A stretch of DNA of 64,000 bases. Source: the human T2T-CHM13v2.0 reference genome, Homo sapiens. Every line of letters starts with the position of its first letter. The first letter of the stretch is position 1. The stretch lies in the NCBI RefSeq assembly GCF_009914755.1, contig NC_060944.1. One strand, given 5' to 3'. Positions 62,520 through 64,000 of the stretch are shown in pieces. The notes beneath the pieces are model-generated. The model did not search any database. It had not been told where the DNA came from and saw nothing but the letters and a program-made list of their open reading frames with translations. Both the position numbers and the translations under genes were made by a program.

Positions 62520-62990
62520 TAATTTTGATTTGGAAAACTTGACTCTTGAACCCCTACTTCCAGTAGCTTCTCATCACTGGTGGAATAAAGTCCAATACCA
62601 CACCATGCCTGGAATATGCTTTGTGAGCCCGACTCTGGCTACTTGGCCAACTCCACTCCTTCCCTCCCTCTCCTCTCTGCTAGTGTGTTCTGGCTGTGTG
62701 GAGAGACTGGGGATTCTGTCTTCCAGCCTTGCCTTAAATACAAATATTTCATCTCACTTCAGGGGGTTTGCAGTGGTTATCCCCTCTGCTTTGGGAGGCT
62801 TCTTGGAGAGCCTCAGCTGTGTATACTTCACTTAGGTATCTCCTCAGACATTCTTTGCAGATGGGCCCCTCGACCACTCCACCAAAATCCCACCATGTAG
62901 CCCTTGCCTCAGTTCTCCCTGGCTCTAGATTTTATTATCTGGTGGTATTGCCTGTCTCCTTGTTTGGCCCTTGTGTTGCATGAGCTGGAC
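62520..62990 (+). mobile_element. L2 fragment
   Basis: AATAAAGTCCAATACCACACCATGCC, CACTTCAGGGGGTTTGCAGTGGTTATCCCCTCTGC. Confidence 0.5.
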
Positions 62991-63344
62991 CCAATAAGGT
63001 CCAGATACCAAATACATTAACTGAGCTCTCCATTAGCCCCCAATCCCATCAAGGCCCTCGGTTTCAGGCTTTCTTCTGCTCCCAGTCTGGCCCTGACAGT
63101 GAATGCCCGGAGTAGAGAGGCTGGCATTGTCAGCTTCTCTGATTTCTTAGCTCCACCTCCTGTGCTAGCAGATATTCACAGCTTCAGGGTTGAAGGAGGA
63201 GGAGGAAGGAAAACCCCAATGTGACTGGTAGAGCGGTTGGCTTCCTCCCTCAAGGACGGCATTGCGGATCCCTCTGAGGCCTTCACACGGGGACCTACAA
63301 CTAGATTTCCAATCATATCAGCTGTGCCTCATACAAGCCACTTA

Positions 63345-63438
63345 TCTTTCCCTCCCTTCCTTCCTTCCTTATTCCTCTTCCTCCTCCTTCTCCTCCTTCC
63401 TTCCTTCCCTTCTTCCTTCCTTTCTTTTTTCTTTCTTG
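63345..63438. repeat. (CCTT)n/(CT)-rich pyrimidine tract
   Basis: CCCTCCCTTCCTTCCTTCCTT...TTCCTTCCTTTCTTTTTTCTTTCTT. Confidence 0.9.
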
Positions 63439-63519
63439 TATTATATCATTTTGTCATCTTCTGCATTCCATCCTGGGATTCCCCCAAACTTCTAAAGAAT
63501 ATTGTTTTGCTATTGTTGT

Positions 63520-64000
63520 TGTTTTAATTTGCATATATTAAGTTTCACTCTTTGTGCTATAATGATCAATGGATTTTGACAAATACATATATCATGTATC
63601 CACCATGATACCATCATACAGAATAGTTCCAGCACCCTAAAATTCCCCTGTGCTTCACCTGTTTAACCCTCTCTTCCTCCCTCTGAATCCATGGAAATCA
63701 CTGATCTTTCCACTGTCTCTATAGTTTTGCCTTTCCAAAAAGTCATATACTTAGAATCATAGAGTGTATACTCTTTTCAAACTGGCTTCCTTCATTTAGC
63801 AATATCTGGTTAAGGTTCTCATATGTCTTTTCATGGCTTAATAGCTCATTTATTTGTATTACTAAATAATATTTCATTGTATGACTATATCACTTTGTTT
63901 ATTCATTAATTTATCTTTGGAAGAACATCTTGGTTACTTCTCCCTTTTGGTGACTATGAATAAAGTTGCTAGAAACATTCACATTCAGATTTTTGCGTGG
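63520..64000 (-). mobile_element. L1MC1/2-like 3' end (continues beyond the window)
   Basis: GGATTTTGACAAATACATATATCATGTATCCACCATGATACCATCATACAGAATAGTTCC ... CACTGATCTTTCCACTGTCTCTATAGTTTTGCCTTT. Confidence 0.88.

Overview
Primate genomic DNA, most likely human: a near-consensus AluYa-lineage insertion with a perfect target-site duplication (TSD) sits at 46.6 kb. The window is dense in interspersed repeats and reads as intergenic or deep-intronic sequence. I recognise no host protein-coding exon, tRNA, rRNA or snRNA. The ORFs I can assign come from simple repeats, Alus, L1, a Tigger1 transposase, or retroviral gag/env remnants, and the rest look like chance frames. Main elements: (1) old nested L1M clusters at about 6.0-12.6, 25.1-32.0 and 56.1-58.8 kb; (2) a full-length Tigger1 at 28175-30585; (3) a 5.5 kb pol-less class I provirus (MER66/MER4-group-like) at 35823-41349, with an intact ACAT TSD but both LTRs partly deleted; (4) a twin-primed, 5'-inverted L1PA at 44078-46468; (5) solo LTRs (MER21, MER39-like, THE1, MSTA, MER67-like and others); (6) six Alus plus one Alu fragment, and MIR, L2 and MER5 fragments. 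The most notable observations are mechanistic or regulatory: two fold-back plus duplication scars, a probable short L1 3' transduction, a palindromic GATA element, a STAT/BCL6-octamer-ETS cluster in an LTR, an AG|GT recursive-splice or microexon motif, and several candidate lncRNA exons. I found no convincing evidence of a new biological system. Repeat family names are from memory of consensus sequences, not from a search, and boundaries without TSD or TIR support are approximate.
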